A stretch of 64,000 nucleotides of DNA from positions 1 through 64,000 of IMG/VR virus record IMGVR_UViG_3300032282_005530. One strand, 5' to 3'. This stretch comes from a virus. How positions within the stretch are numbered: the first letter of the stretch is position 1; every line of letters begins with the position of its first letter. A program made the position numbers and the translations under genes. Below the pieces are notes generated by a model that was given only the letters and a program-made list of their open reading frames with translations, was not told where the DNA came from and searched no databases. Below, one piece after another: positions 39,258 through 49,359 of this stretch.

Positions 39258-40234
39258 TTACTGCTCCTTTTCACATATTCTAAATCACTTTCATACATTT
39301 CTTTTGCTAATTGTTTAATATCAGTTTTAGGTTGCCAATTAAGAACTTTTTTTGCTTTTTCTGCATTTCCTAAAAGGAATGGAACTTCATGAGGCCTGAA
39401 TAATCTTGGATCTATTTCTAAATATTTATACGGATCAAGTTGAGCATTGTTAAAAACTAATTCTAAGAAATCTCTAACAGATTTCGAAATACCAGTTGCT
39501 ATTACATAATCGTCCGGTTTATCTTGTTGCAACATCAACCACATAGCCTCAACATAATCTCTTGCATGACCCCAATCTCTTTTTGCATCTAGATTTCCAA
39601 GTTGGATCTTTGCTTGTAGTCCTAATTTAATTTTGGCGGCGGCTATTGTTATTTTTCTTGTTACAAAAGTCTCACCGCGTCTTGGCGATTCATGATTAAA
39701 TAATATACCACTATTTGCATGAATATTATATGAATAACGATAATTTCTAGTTAGATTGTGTGCAAATAATTTAGCACAAGCATATGGAGACGCAGGTGTC
39801 ATCAAGCTAGTTTCTACGTATCCTATTTCTGGTGTTGGTGCATCTCCATACATTTCCGAAGAAGAAGCTTGATAAAATTTTGTATCTGGTTTTATATTTC
39901 TAATTGCTTCTAATATTCTCATAGGTCCCATTGCAACACTATCAACACTATGTTCTACTAAATCAAAAGAAACTTTTACATGAGATTGTGCAGCTATGTT
40001 GTAAATTTCATCTGGTTTATATTGTTGTATAAATCTATAAATCGAGCCATTATCATTTAAATCATAATATTCTAACTTAAAATTAGAATCTGATAATATA
40101 TGATCTATTCTATTGGTATTGATTAGACTTGTTCTTCTTTTTGTGCCAATTACTTTATATCCTTTAGACAATAAAAGTTCTGCTAAATAAGAACCATCTT
40201 GGCCAGTAACTCCAGTTATAAGTGCGGTTTTCAA
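39254..40234 (-). CDS. gmd: GDP-mannose 4,6-dehydratase
   Basis: ALITGVTGQDGSYLAELLL; FYQASSSEMYG; GILFNHESPRRGETFVTRKIT; GNLDAKRDWGHA. Confidence 0.97.
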   Translation of the reverse strand: MKTALITGVTGQDGSYLAELLLSKGYKVIGTKRRTSLINTNRIDHILSDSNFKLEYYDLNDNGSIYRFIQQYKPDEIYNIAAQSHVKVSFDLVEHSVDSVAMGPMRILEAIRNIKPDTKFYQASSSEMYGDAPTPEIGYVETSLMTPASPYACAKLFAHNLTRNYRYSYNIHANSGILFNHESPRRGETFVTRKITIAAAKIKLGLQAKIQLGNLDAKRDWGHARDYVEAMWLMLQQDKPDDYVIATGISKSVRDFLELVFNNAQLDPYKYLEIDPRLFRPHEVPFLLGNAEKAKKVLNWQPKTDIKQLAKEMYESDLEYVKRSSK

Positions 40235-40260
40235 AATAGACTCCTAAATATTAATATCTT

Positions 40261-41421
40261 TTAAATAACACAATTAATTAAATCACAAACTTGCTTAATA
40301 TCATCATATGTTAAATTTTGATTATTTGGTACATATAAACCATATTTATGTATTAAATCACAATTTTTTAGATTTGTTATTCCATGATTTTTAATCCAAA
40401 ATGGTTGTAATCCCATAGAGCCAGCAATCAATGGACGACACTCAATATTATTATTTTTTAATACATCTATTATTGTATTTCTATTTTTAGAAACAATTGG
40501 AAATGCAAAATTTGATATTAAATTTTCTCTCATAGCAATATTAACATTATTATTTTTAATATTATTTAAATAAGTTTTAAAATTTTCGAATCTTACTTTA
40601 GAAAAACTTTCTAAATTTTTTATTTGCCTCAAGCCTATAAAAGCTTGTAAATCCGTTGCTCTAAAATTAAATCCAGAATAATAAAATGTATATAAAGAAT
40701 CAAAACCGGTTATTTTCCACTCATCTCTAAGTTTATTTTTAAAATGTTCATTATTGTCTCGATCCCATCCGTGATTTCTGATACTCAATAGAACCTGATA
40801 CAATTCTTCATCATTTGTATTTATGAAACCACCTTCTATTGTGCTAAGGTGATGGCCAAAATAAAATGAATAAAAAGAAGCAAGTCCAAAATTTCCTAAA
40901 TATGTATCTTTATATTTACTTCCAGCACTTTCGCAATTATCTTCCAATAATAAAACATCATACTTTTTACATAATTCCACAATTCTATTCATATCTGGAA
41001 CTAATCCTAAAACTGAAACTAAAATTAAAGAAGATGGATTTTCTTTTTCGAAGATTTGCTCTAAATGTTCTAGATCACAAGATAAATCTTGTAAATTACA
41101 ATCACACAATATTACATCCATACCTAATATTTCCGGAGATGAAACATCAGTATGCCAACTTAAAGAAGGTACGACTATTTTATTGTTCTTCAATCTTCCC
41201 ATTTGTTGAAGCGCACTTAGGGTTAAAAATATCGCAGAAGAACCAGAATTAACAAATACAGAATATTTAGTACCTATTTTTTCTGCCCATCTATCTTGAA
41301 GTTCAACAGTTAATTTTCCTTTTGTTAGTTGAGGAGTATCTTCTGTACTCAACCATTCACAAAGAGATCTAATATCTTCTTTATTTATTGTATCATTTAC
41401 AAGTTTTATCATAGTATTCAT
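40261..41421 (-). CDS. DegT-family PLP enzyme, ColD-type GDP-4-keto-6-deoxymannose 3-dehydratase
   Basis: VNSGSSA; LLEDNCES; SFYFGHHLSTIEGG has His at the position of the aminotransferase Lys, as in ColD/E1 dehydrases. Confidence 0.8.
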   Translation of the reverse strand: MNTMIKLVNDTINKEDIRSLCEWLSTEDTPQLTKGKLTVELQDRWAEKIGTKYSVFVNSGSSAIFLTLSALQQMGRLKNNKIVVPSLSWHTDVSSPEILGMDVILCDCNLQDLSCDLEHLEQIFEKENPSSLILVSVLGLVPDMNRIVELCKKYDVLLLEDNCESAGSKYKDTYLGNFGLASFYSFYFGHHLSTIEGGFINTNDEELYQVLLSIRNHGWDRDNNEHFKNKLRDEWKITGFDSLYTFYYSGFNFRATDLQAFIGLRQIKNLESFSKVRFENFKTYLNNIKNNNVNIAMRENLISNFAFPIVSKNRNTIIDVLKNNNIECRPLIAGSMGLQPFWIKNHGITNLKNCDLIHKYGLYVPNNQNLTYDDIKQVCDLINCVI

Positions 41422-42298
41422 ATACCTTTCTTATTCCATCAAATAGATTTATAAAATTATAATTTCCAATAATATTTAAAAGCTTTTTATTTGTTACATC
41501 TTTTCTATGTTGACCATTTGGCTTTGTTGTGTCAAAAATAATTTGCAAATTTTGATTATTAGTAGACTTTAAAGCTATTTCCGCTATTTCTTTTATATTG
41601 TAAATCTCATTATTAGATACATTACAGTTTTCAGTTATATTATTATCTAAAAATATTTTTATTATATATGCTAAATCTTTAGCATGCATAAATTGCCTTA
41701 TTGGCGTACCATCTCCATAAATTTCTATATTTTGTTTTTTATTTTTATTTGCTTCATGTATTTTTCTTATCAAAGATGAAACATAATGTGAGTTTTCATC
41801 AAATTTATCATATTCTCCATACAGATTACATGGTATTAAATAATTATATTTTTTATTATATTGTTTATTAATAGAGTCAATTTGTACTGCTAAAGTTCTC
41901 TTTGCATATGCATATGAAAAATTTGACTTAGCTGGTGGACCTTCGAATAGCATATCTTCATTCATTGGATAATTCGCAACAATATCAGGATATATGCAGG
42001 TACTTAAAACAGACAAACAATCTTCTACTGAATATTTTACACAATTTTGTAATAAGAATGTGTTCATCAATACATTTTCTTCTAAAAATTGTACTGGGTA
42101 TTTTAGATTTTCTGTTATACCGCCTACTCTTGCTGCTAGATGTATTACTTTTGTTGGCTTAATATCTTTAAAAAGCTTATCTACTTGTTGTTGACTAGTC
42201 AAATCACAGTCTTTTGAAGATAAATATATGCCTTCGAACTTTAATTCTTTAAGGAATTTGCCAACCATTCCGGAACCGCCAGTTATTAAAGTTGTCAT
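41393..42298 (-). CDS. GDP-L-fucose synthase/ColC-like epimerase-reductase
   Basis: ITGGSGMVG; HLAARVGGI; LSTCIYP; YAYAK; PCNLYG; GDGTPIRQFMHAKD. Confidence 0.9.
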   Translation of the reverse strand: MTTLITGGSGMVGKFLKELKFEGIYLSSKDCDLTSQQQVDKLFKDIKPTKVIHLAARVGGITENLKYPVQFLEENVLMNTFLLQNCVKYSVEDCLSVLSTCIYPDIVANYPMNEDMLFEGPPAKSNFSYAYAKRTLAVQIDSINKQYNKKYNYLIPCNLYGEYDKFDENSHYVSSLIRKIHEANKNKKQNIEIYGDGTPIRQFMHAKDLAYIIKIFLDNNITENCNVSNNEIYNIKEIAEIALKSTNNQNLQIIFDTTKPNGQHRKDVTNKKLLNIIGNYNFINLFDGIRKVYEYYDKTCK

Positions 42299-42897
42299 TT
42301 ATTTTTTCTCCAACACTCCCAAACAAAAGGAAAGTCATAAATTTTAATAAAATTATTTTCTATTAATAAATTTTGTATATTATTACGACGATTTTGACAA
42401 TTTTCAATAAAATCATGAAATTGAACTTGTATGGAATTTATTTTTTGAATTGTATATTTTAAATCAGCTAAATTTTCTAATAAACTATATTCTTCACCTT
42501 CTATATTTATTTGGATTAAATCAATTTTATTTAAAGAAAAAATTTCAAACAATTTTTCAATTGTAATCATTTTTATGTCTATAAAATTATCAGTTTTTTT
42601 ATAAACAGAACTAGCATCCTTGTCTAAATATATTTTTTGTGTAGTATTTTTATCTGAAATACCACAATTTAAAATGTGAACCTTTTTATTGTTTTTATAT
42701 TTTTCTACTAGTATATTATAAAATTCTGGTACAGATTCTAATAAAATTATATTAGGATTATATTTTTTAATAATTTTATCTGCCCATACACCAGTATACG
42801 CTCCTAAGTCAACAACATAACTATCTTCATTGAGCTCGTGTTGAACAGAAAATGTATTATCTCCATTCGATGAGAACCAATTATTTATATTGCTCAT
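42295..42897 (-). CDS. FkbM-family methyltransferase
   Basis: VVDLGAYTG...IDLIQINIEGEEY...IQVQFH. Confidence 0.85.
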   Translation of the reverse strand: MSNINNWFSSNGDNTFSVQHELNEDSYVVDLGAYTGVWADKIIKKYNPNIILLESVPEFYNILVEKYKNNKKVHILNCGISDKNTTQKIYLDKDASSVYKKTDNFIDIKMITIEKLFEIFSLNKIDLIQINIEGEEYSLLENLADLKYTIQKINSIQVQFHDFIENCQNRRNNIQNLLIENNFIKIYDFPFVWECWRKNK

Positions 42898-42900
42898 AAT

Positions 42901-43719
42901 TCATATTTCCTTCAGTAGTAAAGAATATAACGCTCTCTCTAGCATATCATAGTTAAGACTAAGATTAAAATTAATATCAATATGCTTTTTTTTACTTTCA
43001 TAAAGTTTAAAATCTATCTTATTTATTATTTTTTCTAAATAAGATAAATTATCGAATGTTAATATGCCATCTTTATTAAAATAATCACCTATATTTGGAC
43101 AACCCCAATAAATTGGTATTGTACCAACTGCAATACAATCGATTATTTTTTCAGTAAAATACCCTTCTATTTTAGCATTTTCTACAATAATAGAAAACAT
43201 ATAATCATTTAATCCATCTTCTTTAAATTTTATTGGCTTTGTTGAGCTTCCAAAAAAATCTATGTCAAAATTATTAAATTTTTTATAAATATCGTGCCTT
43301 AATTTATGTCCTTCAAGAAAATTTTTTTCAGAAAATATCATAGATATTTTCTTACTCTTTTTTTCAATAACTTGTGGATTTTTTATCCAACAACCACCCA
43401 AAGGAAGATATAAACCATTTGAAATATTTTTTATTAAATTTATATCATGAGTATATATACGATCAAATTTAGTACAATTTTCTTCCAAATAATCATATAC
43501 ATGAGGTATTAATTTGCGGCACTCTAAAGGCATCGCAATTTTTTTACCAGAAATATTTTCTATAAAATTAGATCTAATAAAATTATCAGTAAAAATAAAA
43601 ATATTTGAATTATTAAAATTATTTCTTTCATATTCGATTAAATTAAATTCTTTATTAGGAACAGAATATTTAATATGAGAAAAGTTTGAATCAAATAAAT
43701 TAACAGTAATTTTATTCAT
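42901..43719 (-). CDS. GT10-like (alpha-1,3/4 fucosyltransferase family) glycosyltransferase
   Basis: YMFSIIVEN...YFTEKIIDC..GTIPIYWG; start re-called at ATG 43719 (ATGA overlap). Confidence 0.8.
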   Translation of the reverse strand: MNKITVNLFDSNFSHIKYSVPNKEFNLIEYERNNFNNSNIFIFTDNFIRSNFIENISGKKIAMPLECRKLIPHVYDYLEENCTKFDRIYTHDINLIKNISNGLYLPLGGCWIKNPQVIEKKSKKISMIFSEKNFLEGHKLRHDIYKKFNNFDIDFFGSSTKPIKFKEDGLNDYMFSIIVENAKIEGYFTEKIIDCIAVGTIPIYWGCPNIGDYFNKDGILTFDNLSYLEKIINKIDFKLYESKKKHIDINFNLSLNYDMLERALYSLLLKEI

Positions 43720-44495
43720 ATTTTTATCCAGTCTTCCGGAAAAAGATCTTGTGTATCTTGTGGACCAAATTCGCCAAACCACTTGATGGGACAAATTACC
43801 TTTTTTTGTTTATTTTTATTTAACCATGCAGACCACCAACTAAAAGTACTATTTGCAATAACATTAAAAGAACATCTAGACATTAAATATAGATCTATAT
43901 AATCTTGTTCGTTATTAATAAATTGTAAATTTTTAAATTTTAAATTATGTTTGCACCATTCTACATCGTCACTGAACAATAAAATATTTTTATCTTCGTT
44001 TAAAATTTGTAATGCATTTTTATAATATTCAATATCACATACTGGATGTATTTTAGGATATCTCAAGTAATCGCCTCTTCTAACATGTAAAGAAATTGAA
44101 TTATTAAAATCTATATTCGAATATTTTTTATTTATATAAGAACTTATTTCTTCTGTTTCTTCAAATAATTTTTTAATGTCTTCTTTATGATCGATAAAAT
44201 ATTTTTCACTCTGAAAATATCCATCTAAAATTTGATTATTTTCAAGTGTAATTTGTTCATATGAAAATTTTTTTTCATTAAAAGATTTTAAATATAAATT
44301 TGGCTTTTCTTTTGATAATATAATTTTTGAAAAAATATTATTTTTATATTTATCAAAACTATATCCGTGAATTGAAGTATTGACATAGTTTTGATAAATG
44401 ACTAATTCTGTTGAAAGATTTTTGGATAAAGAAAAAGCCGCAGCTATTTGAAATAGCTGATTTCCTAGTCCGCCTTTTAAATTGCAGGATATCAT
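43716..44495 (-). CDS. GT11 (alpha-1,2 fucosyl/colitosyltransferase family)
   Basis: GGLGNQLFQ; GYFQSEKYF; HVRRGDY; IANSTFSWW. Confidence 0.93.
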   Translation of the reverse strand: MISCNLKGGLGNQLFQIAAAFSLSKNLSTELVIYQNYVNTSIHGYSFDKYKNNIFSKIILSKEKPNLYLKSFNEKKFSYEQITLENNQILDGYFQSEKYFIDHKEDIKKLFEETEEISSYINKKYSNIDFNNSISLHVRRGDYLRYPKIHPVCDIEYYKNALQILNEDKNILLFSDDVEWCKHNLKFKNLQFINNEQDYIDLYLMSRCSFNVIANSTFSWWSAWLNKNKQKKVICPIKWFGEFGPQDTQDLFPEDWIKI

Positions 44496-45226
44496 ATGTT
44501 TAATTTATTATATGGTATTTTATTTCTTATTTTACGATCGGTTGATAATTGTAGATTAAGATTTACTTTATGATCATTTATTGGATTGCTAGTATTATAG
44601 CAATAAAGAATATCAGATACACATTTATGTTTTCCACCACTCATCTCTAACATCGGAAACATTATGGCTAAATCCCACGCCATTCTATAAAATTCACCAT
44701 CATCATCTTTTAAGTCTTCTATTTTTATATTTTTCCAAAGTTTATATTTAAAAGTTCTTAAATGACTCGCTCTCCATGTGTCTTTTCTATAAAGATTATT
44801 TTTTATAACATTTTCTGAATACGAAGTAACATTTGAAGGTAAAATTCCTTGTGGATAATGTACATAAGTTCCATATGTTAACAATATATCTTCGTTAGAA
44901 TAATAATAATTTAACTTATACAAAGCAAAATCATCAAATAACCAGTCATCTCCATCTAATAATACTATAACATCTTCATCGCTTGGTTTTGAATAGTTAA
45001 TAGTATCATAAATATTTTTTAAAGCATATTTTTTTTCAGTATTCGTTATAATATTTAATTTAGGATCCTTATATTTATTTAATACTTCTAATCCACGATC
45101 TGTAGAAATATCATCAGAAAAATAACATGAAAAATTATCATATTTTTGAGATAATAAACTTTCTACCGTTTTAGACAACCATTTTTCTGTGTTATAAAAT
45201 GGAATTATAATTTTAAAATTAATCAT
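44492..45226 (-). CDS. GT2 glycosyltransferase
   Basis: IIIPFYN...DDISTD...LDGDDW. Confidence 0.9.
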   Translation of the reverse strand: MINFKIIIPFYNTEKWLSKTVESLLSQKYDNFSCYFSDDISTDRGLEVLNKYKDPKLNIITNTEKKYALKNIYDTINYSKPSDEDVIVLLDGDDWLFDDFALYKLNYYYSNEDILLTYGTYVHYPQGILPSNVTSYSENVIKNNLYRKDTWRASHLRTFKYKLWKNIKIEDLKDDDGEFYRMAWDLAIMFPMLEMSGGKHKCVSDILYCYNTSNPINDHKVNLNLQLSTDRKIRNKIPYNKLNI

Positions 45227-45229
45227 ATT

Positions 45230-45835
45230 TTAATGTCCTACTTTATACATGATATAGTCTGAAATATAGATTTTTGCTTTATTGTCAATACTCTTCTTTA
45301 AGAAGAAAAAATCTTCTGCTTCACTAGATTCAAATAATATATTATTTTCTTTTAAAAAAGATGTTTTTATAGCAAAAGATATACCTACATTTCCAACATA
45401 TAAAGAGTTATTTCCATATCTTGGAATTATTGTTCCATCTTTTAAAATCATTCTAAATATGCAAAAATCAAAATCATTTTTATTTGATTCCAATTTTAAT
45501 GCTTCAACATAATCAGATGACAAAGTATCGTCATCATCTAAAAAGCCTATCCACTCGGAATCAATCTGTTTGTTTAGTAAATGATTTCTAACGCCGCCGG
45601 CTTTACTGTGATTTTGTGCTTTAAAATCAACATTTTTTAAAAAACCTGTTTTAGGAAGATAAAAATAATTTATTCTATCGTCTTGCATTGGTATTTTTAT
45701 TTGTTGTTCAGTTAATCCATCAAATCCAACATAAGCACACCAATCATCTTGGCTTTGTTTTATTAATGAATTTAAAGAATTATTTAAACTTTCTCTCGCT
45801 ACACTTGGTATAATAAAAGTAATAAATTTTTTCAT
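45230..45835 (-). CDS. GT2-like glycosyltransferase
   Basis: FIIPS...AGGVRN...WIGFLDDDD; start re-called at ATG 45835 (ATGA overlap). Confidence 0.8.
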   Translation of the reverse strand: MKKFITFIIPSVARESLNNSLNSLIKQSQDDWCAYVGFDGLTEQQIKIPMQDDRINYFYLPKTGFLKNVDFKAQNHSKAGGVRNHLLNKQIDSEWIGFLDDDDTLSSDYVEALKLESNKNDFDFCIFRMILKDGTIIPRYGNNSLYVGNVGISFAIKTSFLKENNILFESSEAEDFFFLKKSIDNKAKIYISDYIMYKVGH

Positions 45836-46890
45836 AATATTATTTTTGATATTTTGTTGTTCCAAATTTTTCCAAACAATACATGATCGCTTATCATCTG
45901 TTTATCATTCTTTTTTTCTCCAACAGAATTAAATGTCAAAGATTCATCATGCCAAAAAAATAAATCTTTTCCATAATACATCACTTTCTTATTGTCTTCA
46001 GAAACTCTCAGACAAATATCAACATCCTGAAAGTTTTTCGAAAGTGAAGGATTTAATCCGCCATTTTTAATAAACCAAAATAAATCATATAAATGAAAAG
46101 CACCGGTTATAAATGTTTCACCTTTATCGCAATTTACTAAATGATTATTGGGTTTAGAAAATCTTTTAAAATGTAGTGGATTATATAATATTGGATTATT
46201 TGCAAATTGTATCCAAGCTCCACCTCCAAATTGAACTGTTCCTCTCCATTTTCCATCTTTCATATCTGGAAAATGTTGCTTCACATTTTCACTATCTTCT
46301 GTATGGCCTCTAAATGATTTAAGAGGATAAAGAAGTTTAGTTCCGGAAATAGTTGAACCATCTTCTCTGTGCTTTTTAATTATTGTTTCTAAGTATTCTC
46401 TTTTTTCAACCCATAAATCATTATTCCACAATATTATTTCTTCACAACCTAATTTGTTGGCGACATATGCTCCAATATTACAAAGCATTGAAAAGTTGAA
46501 ACCCTTTTGATTATCAACTTGTAATAAAGAAAGAGAAGAGTATTTTAAAAGAGACGAATAATCATCTGTAGAACGATCATCAACTACCATTATATTACAA
46601 ATCTCATCAACCTTGTTGATGAATAAATTATTCAAAGTATATTCAATTAAATCTAGATTATTCCTTGAAGGAATAATAATAAATGGTTTTGTTTTATCAA
46701 ATTGTGTTTTTTGTTTTGTAAATTTGCAAATATATTCAACATCAATAGATTTAAATTTCGCTTGTTCTCCAATTACTTCATCAAGCAAGATTTCTTTTTG
46801 TTTGACTATAAATTTATCTGTAAAAATATCTATATCTTCATTAAATAAATTACACTCAAAGAATAATTTCTGTTCCATCTGATTTTCCAT
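45832..46890 (-). CDS. GT2 glycosyltransferase
   Basis: IIIPS...VVDDRSTD...FNFSMLCN.G...WNND...QDVDICLR. Confidence 0.85.
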   Translation of the reverse strand: MENQMEQKLFFECNLFNEDIDIFTDKFIVKQKEILLDEVIGEQAKFKSIDVEYICKFTKQKTQFDKTKPFIIIPSRNNLDLIEYTLNNLFINKVDEICNIMVVDDRSTDDYSSLLKYSSLSLLQVDNQKGFNFSMLCNIGAYVANKLGCEEIILWNNDLWVEKREYLETIIKKHREDGSTISGTKLLYPLKSFRGHTEDSENVKQHFPDMKDGKWRGTVQFGGGAWIQFANNPILYNPLHFKRFSKPNNHLVNCDKGETFITGAFHLYDLFWFIKNGGLNPSLSKNFQDVDICLRVSEDNKKVMYYGKDLFFWHDESLTFNSVGEKKNDKQMISDHVLFGKIWNNKISKIIL

Positions 46891-48088
46891 TCAATACTTG
46901 AACAAATTTTTGTACTTGTTTTTGTTCCGCAAATTCTTCTAAAATATATTCTTTTAATTTCCTTGCTGGAGCAAGAGCAGCACCATAGTTCTTTTGTACT
47001 TTTCTCATAGCGTCCATGACACTACTTTCTTTAACAAAGCACCACTGACTATCTGCTTGTATCACGCCTTCCCAAACTGCTTCTTTGTTTACATTTGCCA
47101 AATCAAAATCGATACTTGTAAAATGATTTCTCATTCTTACCTTGCCGTCTTCTTTAAGCGGTGCAAGTAGAAAATCAACATGACCACTCCACTTAGGAGC
47201 GATTACCGGAAGTCCATTGCATACCGCTTCGAACAATGGTAATCCAAATCCTTCTCCGTGGGTTGTTGATACAATTGCCTTAATTTTTGGATGAGTATAA
47301 AGAGATTGCATTTCTTCATCGCTCATATTACCATGAAGGAGATATACTTTGCATTTTGCATCTGTAAATTCCTTCTTTAGTAGTTCAATTCTTTTTTCGC
47401 ACATCAATCTGTCAGCGATACAGTTTTTGGCAAAGTTCAACTTCAAAACCAACCCAACATCAGCATCATTTTTAAACTCTTTTAAAAAGGCTTTGATAGT
47501 TGTTTCGACATTTTTCCTTGGTCCCCACTGTGCAACAGAAAGGAAGTTAAAATCGGTTTTTAAATCGAGATTAATTTCTTTTTGTTCTAATTTCTTAACC
47601 GGAAAATGAACCACTTCAACTGGAGTTGTATTTTTAAAATCTATTACTTGACCTGTTTGTGGGTGTTGTAATTTATACTCTGTTACATCAAATATCTGCT
47701 TCGAATGATTGGATACAACAATAATTTTATCCATTAATCTTGCTTTATCAATCCACTGTGGAGAAACTTTTGTTGTTTCAATACCAGCTGTATATCCGAT
47801 ATTTACAGCCGCTATTTTTTCAAATTCGTTTGGTATAGTGATCTGAATACTTATATCAAATGGACCTTTTTGTTGAATGTATCCATGAGTTTTGGCCATT
47901 AATCCTGCAAGCCATTCTGTTTCTTGTGATTGTTCAATTGTCCAACCGGTTTTTCCCCAAGGAATATTAACAAGATATATGTCGAATAGGTCTTCTCTTG
48001 TTCGTAGAGAACGAAGTGCAAATCTCGCTTGTTCTCCGTAACCACTTAAAGATAAAGCTGGTCCTTTTACTAAAACTTTCTTTCTCAT
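46856..48088 (-). CDS. GT4 glycosyltransferase
   Basis: SGYGEQAR; GPRKN; HGEGFGLPLFEA...GLPVIAPKWSGHVDF. Confidence 0.9.
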   Translation of the reverse strand: MRKKVLVKGPALSLSGYGEQARFALRSLRTREDLFDIYLVNIPWGKTGWTIEQSQETEWLAGLMAKTHGYIQQKGPFDISIQITIPNEFEKIAAVNIGYTAGIETTKVSPQWIDKARLMDKIIVVSNHSKQIFDVTEYKLQHPQTGQVIDFKNTTPVEVVHFPVKKLEQKEINLDLKTDFNFLSVAQWGPRKNVETTIKAFLKEFKNDADVGLVLKLNFAKNCIADRLMCEKRIELLKKEFTDAKCKVYLLHGNMSDEEMQSLYTHPKIKAIVSTTHGEGFGLPLFEAVCNGLPVIAPKWSGHVDFLLAPLKEDGKVRMRNHFTSIDFDLANVNKEAVWEGVIQADSQWCFVKESSVMDAMRKVQKNYGAALAPARKLKEYILEEFAEQKQVQKFVQVLNGKSDGTEIIL

Positions 48089-49350
48089 GCGATCTCCTTA
48101 AAGGTCCAACGAGCATAATTTTTTCTATTTTCCCATGAACCACGCTCATTATACATTTTTGTAAAGATTTCATCCCACTTATTCATAAGAGTTGCAGTAT
48201 TATAGTTTATTTGTAAATGATTTCTGCCGGCAGTTCCAAGTGCGCGTCTTTCTTGCTCGCTCATATTATAAATTTTTAATAGAGCATTTATAAAATCATC
48301 TTTATTTACTCGATCTTCATAAATAAATGGAACTTCTTGAGAGCCAACAATCATTTGTGAAACAATTGGCAATTCAACACCAAAATAATTTCCATTTTCA
48401 TCTTTTACTTGTTCTTGTAGTCCACCGGTTCTTGGAACGATTATTGGAGTTTCACATGCTAAACTTTCCATGGTTGAAAGACCAAATCCTTCGGCATCAG
48501 ATAGGCTTACTGTTACGTCGGCAAGATTATACATCGCTGCTAAATCTAATGGACCTACTCTTGAAGGAGAGAACATAACTTCTCCATTTGACAAACCTAA
48601 TTCTGCGATGATTGCTTCAAGATTTGGCCCATGTACATCTTTAGGATCTGTGTGCATCAATAGTTTGGCTTTATCTTTTCCTACAATTTTTAGGAAATCA
48701 GCAAACCACCATACAACACTTCCAGGATTTTTTCTACGAGCATTTCTACTGTTCCAAAATACAGTAAATTTTTTAACCGGGTCTTTTGGAAAGATCATCT
48801 TTCTAAAATTATTTATTTGTTCCTCGGGCATCCTTTTAAACATATCCATGTCGACCGAATGAGGAACATAATGTGTTTCTACTTCTGGGGCCACATTTCT
48901 AACAATATCATCTGTTACTTTTGATATTGTTGCTATTATATCGTTAGACACATAAAAAGGTTTATTGAATTTTGGATATGGATAATTGTCCCATACATGA
49001 TAATAAATCATGGGAACATTGCAACGAATTTCGTCTTCTATTTCCCATAACCAACCATAAAAACGAGGATCTGTCATAAACCAAAGAATATCTGGTTTTT
49101 GTTGCTTTAAAATTTGTCTTATAAGATCTTGCGTACCATATCCATCAACTGGGACTATGATAAAATCATCGCCCCATTCATGGGTTTTTTGTGGGCGATA
49201 ATCATTGTGCTTCATCGCACCACCAAGGCATATGAAAGAATACTTACCAGTCTTTAACATCGCCTCGATCATATATCTGGTTTGAGTTCCAACACCAGAA
49301 GGCGATAATGGATGATCTGATATTGTTAATATCTTAATTTTTTTATTCAT
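48085..49350 (-). CDS. GT4 glycosyltransferase
   Basis: SDHPLSPSGVG; RNARRK; AEGFGLSTMESLACETPII..TGGLQEQV. Confidence 0.9.
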   Translation of the reverse strand: MNKKIKILTISDHPLSPSGVGTQTRYMIEAMLKTGKYSFICLGGAMKHNDYRPQKTHEWGDDFIIVPVDGYGTQDLIRQILKQQKPDILWFMTDPRFYGWLWEIEDEIRCNVPMIYYHVWDNYPYPKFNKPFYVSNDIIATISKVTDDIVRNVAPEVETHYVPHSVDMDMFKRMPEEQINNFRKMIFPKDPVKKFTVFWNSRNARRKNPGSVVWWFADFLKIVGKDKAKLLMHTDPKDVHGPNLEAIIAELGLSNGEVMFSPSRVGPLDLAAMYNLADVTVSLSDAEGFGLSTMESLACETPIIVPRTGGLQEQVKDENGNYFGVELPIVSQMIVGSQEVPFIYEDRVNKDDFINALLKIYNMSEQERRALGTAGRNHLQINYNTATLMNKWDEIFTKMYNERGSWENRKNYARWTFKEIA

Positions 49351-49359
49351 TAAACTTCC

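Noticed and set aside
38919-49350. Bacterial O-antigen locus (cellular origin of the contig)
   Set aside because: No flippase, polymerase or ABC exporter; continuous with baseplate, gp55-like and phoH phage genes.
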